Source of the DNA: an uncultured Actinomycetota bacterium
GTDB lineage: Bacteria; Actinomycetota; Actinomycetes; Mycobacteriales; Mycobacteriaceae
Length of the DNA stretch: 64,000 nt
Reading direction: 5' to 3'
Assembly: GCA_963817825.1 (NCBI GenBank)
Contig: CAWFQG010000028.1
Location: 3,354-67,353, forward strand
The notes under the pieces were generated by a model. It was given only the letters and a program-made list of their open reading frames with translations. It ran no database searches and was not told the DNA's origin. Numbering within the stretch: the stretch's first letter is position 1; the number at the start of each line of letters is the position of its first letter. Positions 62,524 through 64,000 of this stretch are shown here, piece by piece. A program made the position numbers and the translations under genes.

Positions 62524-63901
62524 GAGCCGTGGGCGATCCGCAGCAGCTCGGCCACGCTGGTCACCTTCACCCGCGGCCTGCCTCCCGACCCGCCGGTGGT
62601 GCGCTCGTACTCGTCGATCAGCTTCCAGTGGTCGTCGGTGACAACCTTCGGCTGCCGCTCCACCAGCCACTCGGCGATCGCCTCGGAATGGTTGTCGGCG
62701 AAATCGGCCAACTCCGCGGTGCTCAGGTCCTCGACCAGTCTGTCGACGGTCTCCTGCGAGTCGCTCTTGTTGCTCCCGATCACGCCCGTCGGCCCGCGCT
62801 TGATCCAGCCCACCACGTATTCGTTGCGGCTGCCGTCCACCCGGCCTGCGGTGTGCGGGATGGTGCCGTTCTTCTCGTCGAACGGCAGCCCCGGCGTCGG
62901 AACACCGCGGTAGCCGACCGCGCGCACCACCAGCTGCGCGGGTACCTCCTCACGCTCGCCGGTGTCCTTGGCCACCACGCGCCCGCTGTCGTCGGCGGCA
63001 AGTTCGTTGCGGCCCAACACGATCGACTCGACACGGCCGTCACCCTTGATTTCGATCGGCGACGTGCGGAACCGGAACACGATCCTGCGCTTGGCCCCCT
63101 TGGGCGTTTGGTCGGCGTATCCGCTCAGCACCTTGATGTTGTTGCGCACGGTCTTGCCCGCGGCTTCCAGGTCGTCGTCGGAGATGTCGGCGAAATCGGC
63201 CGGGTCGATCACCACGTCGACGTCGCCGAGGCCCTCGAGATGGCCGAGCTCGCGCAGTTCCAGCGTGGTGAACGGTGCCTGCAGTGGACCGCGTCTGCCG
63301 ACGATGAGCACCTCCTCGACACCGCGGTCGTGAAGTGTCTTGCAATGCGTGATCGGCGATGTCGGTGGTGGCCAAGCACGTCAGGGTCGGTGACCAGGAT
63401 GCGCGCCACGTCCAGCGCGACGTTCCCGTTGCCGACCACGACGGCCCGCCCGGTCGACAGGTCCGGTGCCATCTCCTCGAAGTGCGGGTGCGCGTTGTAC
63501 CAGCCGACGAAGTCGACCGCGGGCACGCTGCCGGGCAGATCCTCGCCGGGGATGCCAAGCGACCGGTCGGACTGCGCGCCGACGGCGTAGATCACCGCGT
63601 CATAGCGGTCGGCCAGCTCGGCGGCCTGCACGTGGTCGCCGACCGCGATGTTCCCGAAGAACCGGAACCGGGGGTCCAGCGCCGTCTTCTCGAATTGGCC
63701 GCTGATCGACTTGATCTTCGGATGGTCCGGAGCCACGCCCGAGCGGACCAGACCCCACGGCGTCGGCAGCATCTCCAGCATGTCGACCCGCACATCGGCC
63801 GTGTCGTCGGCATCGGCGAATTTCAGCAGCGAGGCCGCTGCGAAGTACCCGGATGGGCCTGAGCCGACGATCGCCACGTGGTACGGGCGCCTTTGGGGCA
63901 T
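62520..63901 (-). pseudogene. fprA: NADPH:ferredoxin reductase, apparently doubly frameshifted
   Basis: GSGPSG, PWGLVRSGVAPDH, GNGNVALD, GRRGPLQA, GWIKRGPTGVIG; +1 insertions near 63374 and 63338 (may be sequencing error). Confidence 0.8.
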
Positions 63902-64000
63902 ATGTGTGCCTTACTGTCGCTGCTCGTCGGCGTGCAAGGGGCTGTCGCACCGTCGCCAAGCTGGGTTGCCATCCCGATGTTGCCACGCCGGTACCCTGAA

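Overview
This is a high-GC chromosomal segment from a fast-growing Mycobacterium/Mycolicibacterium (MspA porin, antigen 85, F420 enzymes). The backbone is core genome. From recalled sequences it corresponds to the M. tuberculosis Rv3137-Rv3171 neighbourhood: hisN, fadE24-fadE23, an Rv3143-like receiver, an intact nuoA-N operon (27.4-42.8 kb, minus strand), a Rv3167c/Rv3168/Rv3169-like trio, aofH and hpx, with fprA at the right edge. Accessory patches are: 0.7-4.7 kb (porin paralogue, small secreted proteins, gene scraps including an integrase motif), 17.7-23.0 kb (REP13E12/DUF222 pseudogene plus cargo, ending in a second 13E12 3' end) and 61.3-62.1 kb (orphan DNA-damage promoter). The strongest candidates for undescribed biology are two. 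(i) An 8-gene operon (45.0-52.6 kb) joins a homogentisate-dioxygenase-like cupin, a hydrolase, a CoA transferase and an HMG-CoA-lyase-like enzyme to an LvaABC/ACAD10-type kinase + small partner + acyl-CoA dehydrogenase module. (ii) A SoxR/MerR-type operator sits in front of a Rv0560c-type methyltransferase. Several genes carry single-base insertions (DUF222, lipJ-like, SnoaL, fprA), some of which may be assembly errors. No rRNA, tRNA, CRISPR array or intact transposase/integrase was seen. All family assignments come from motif recognition and memory; no database searches were run.
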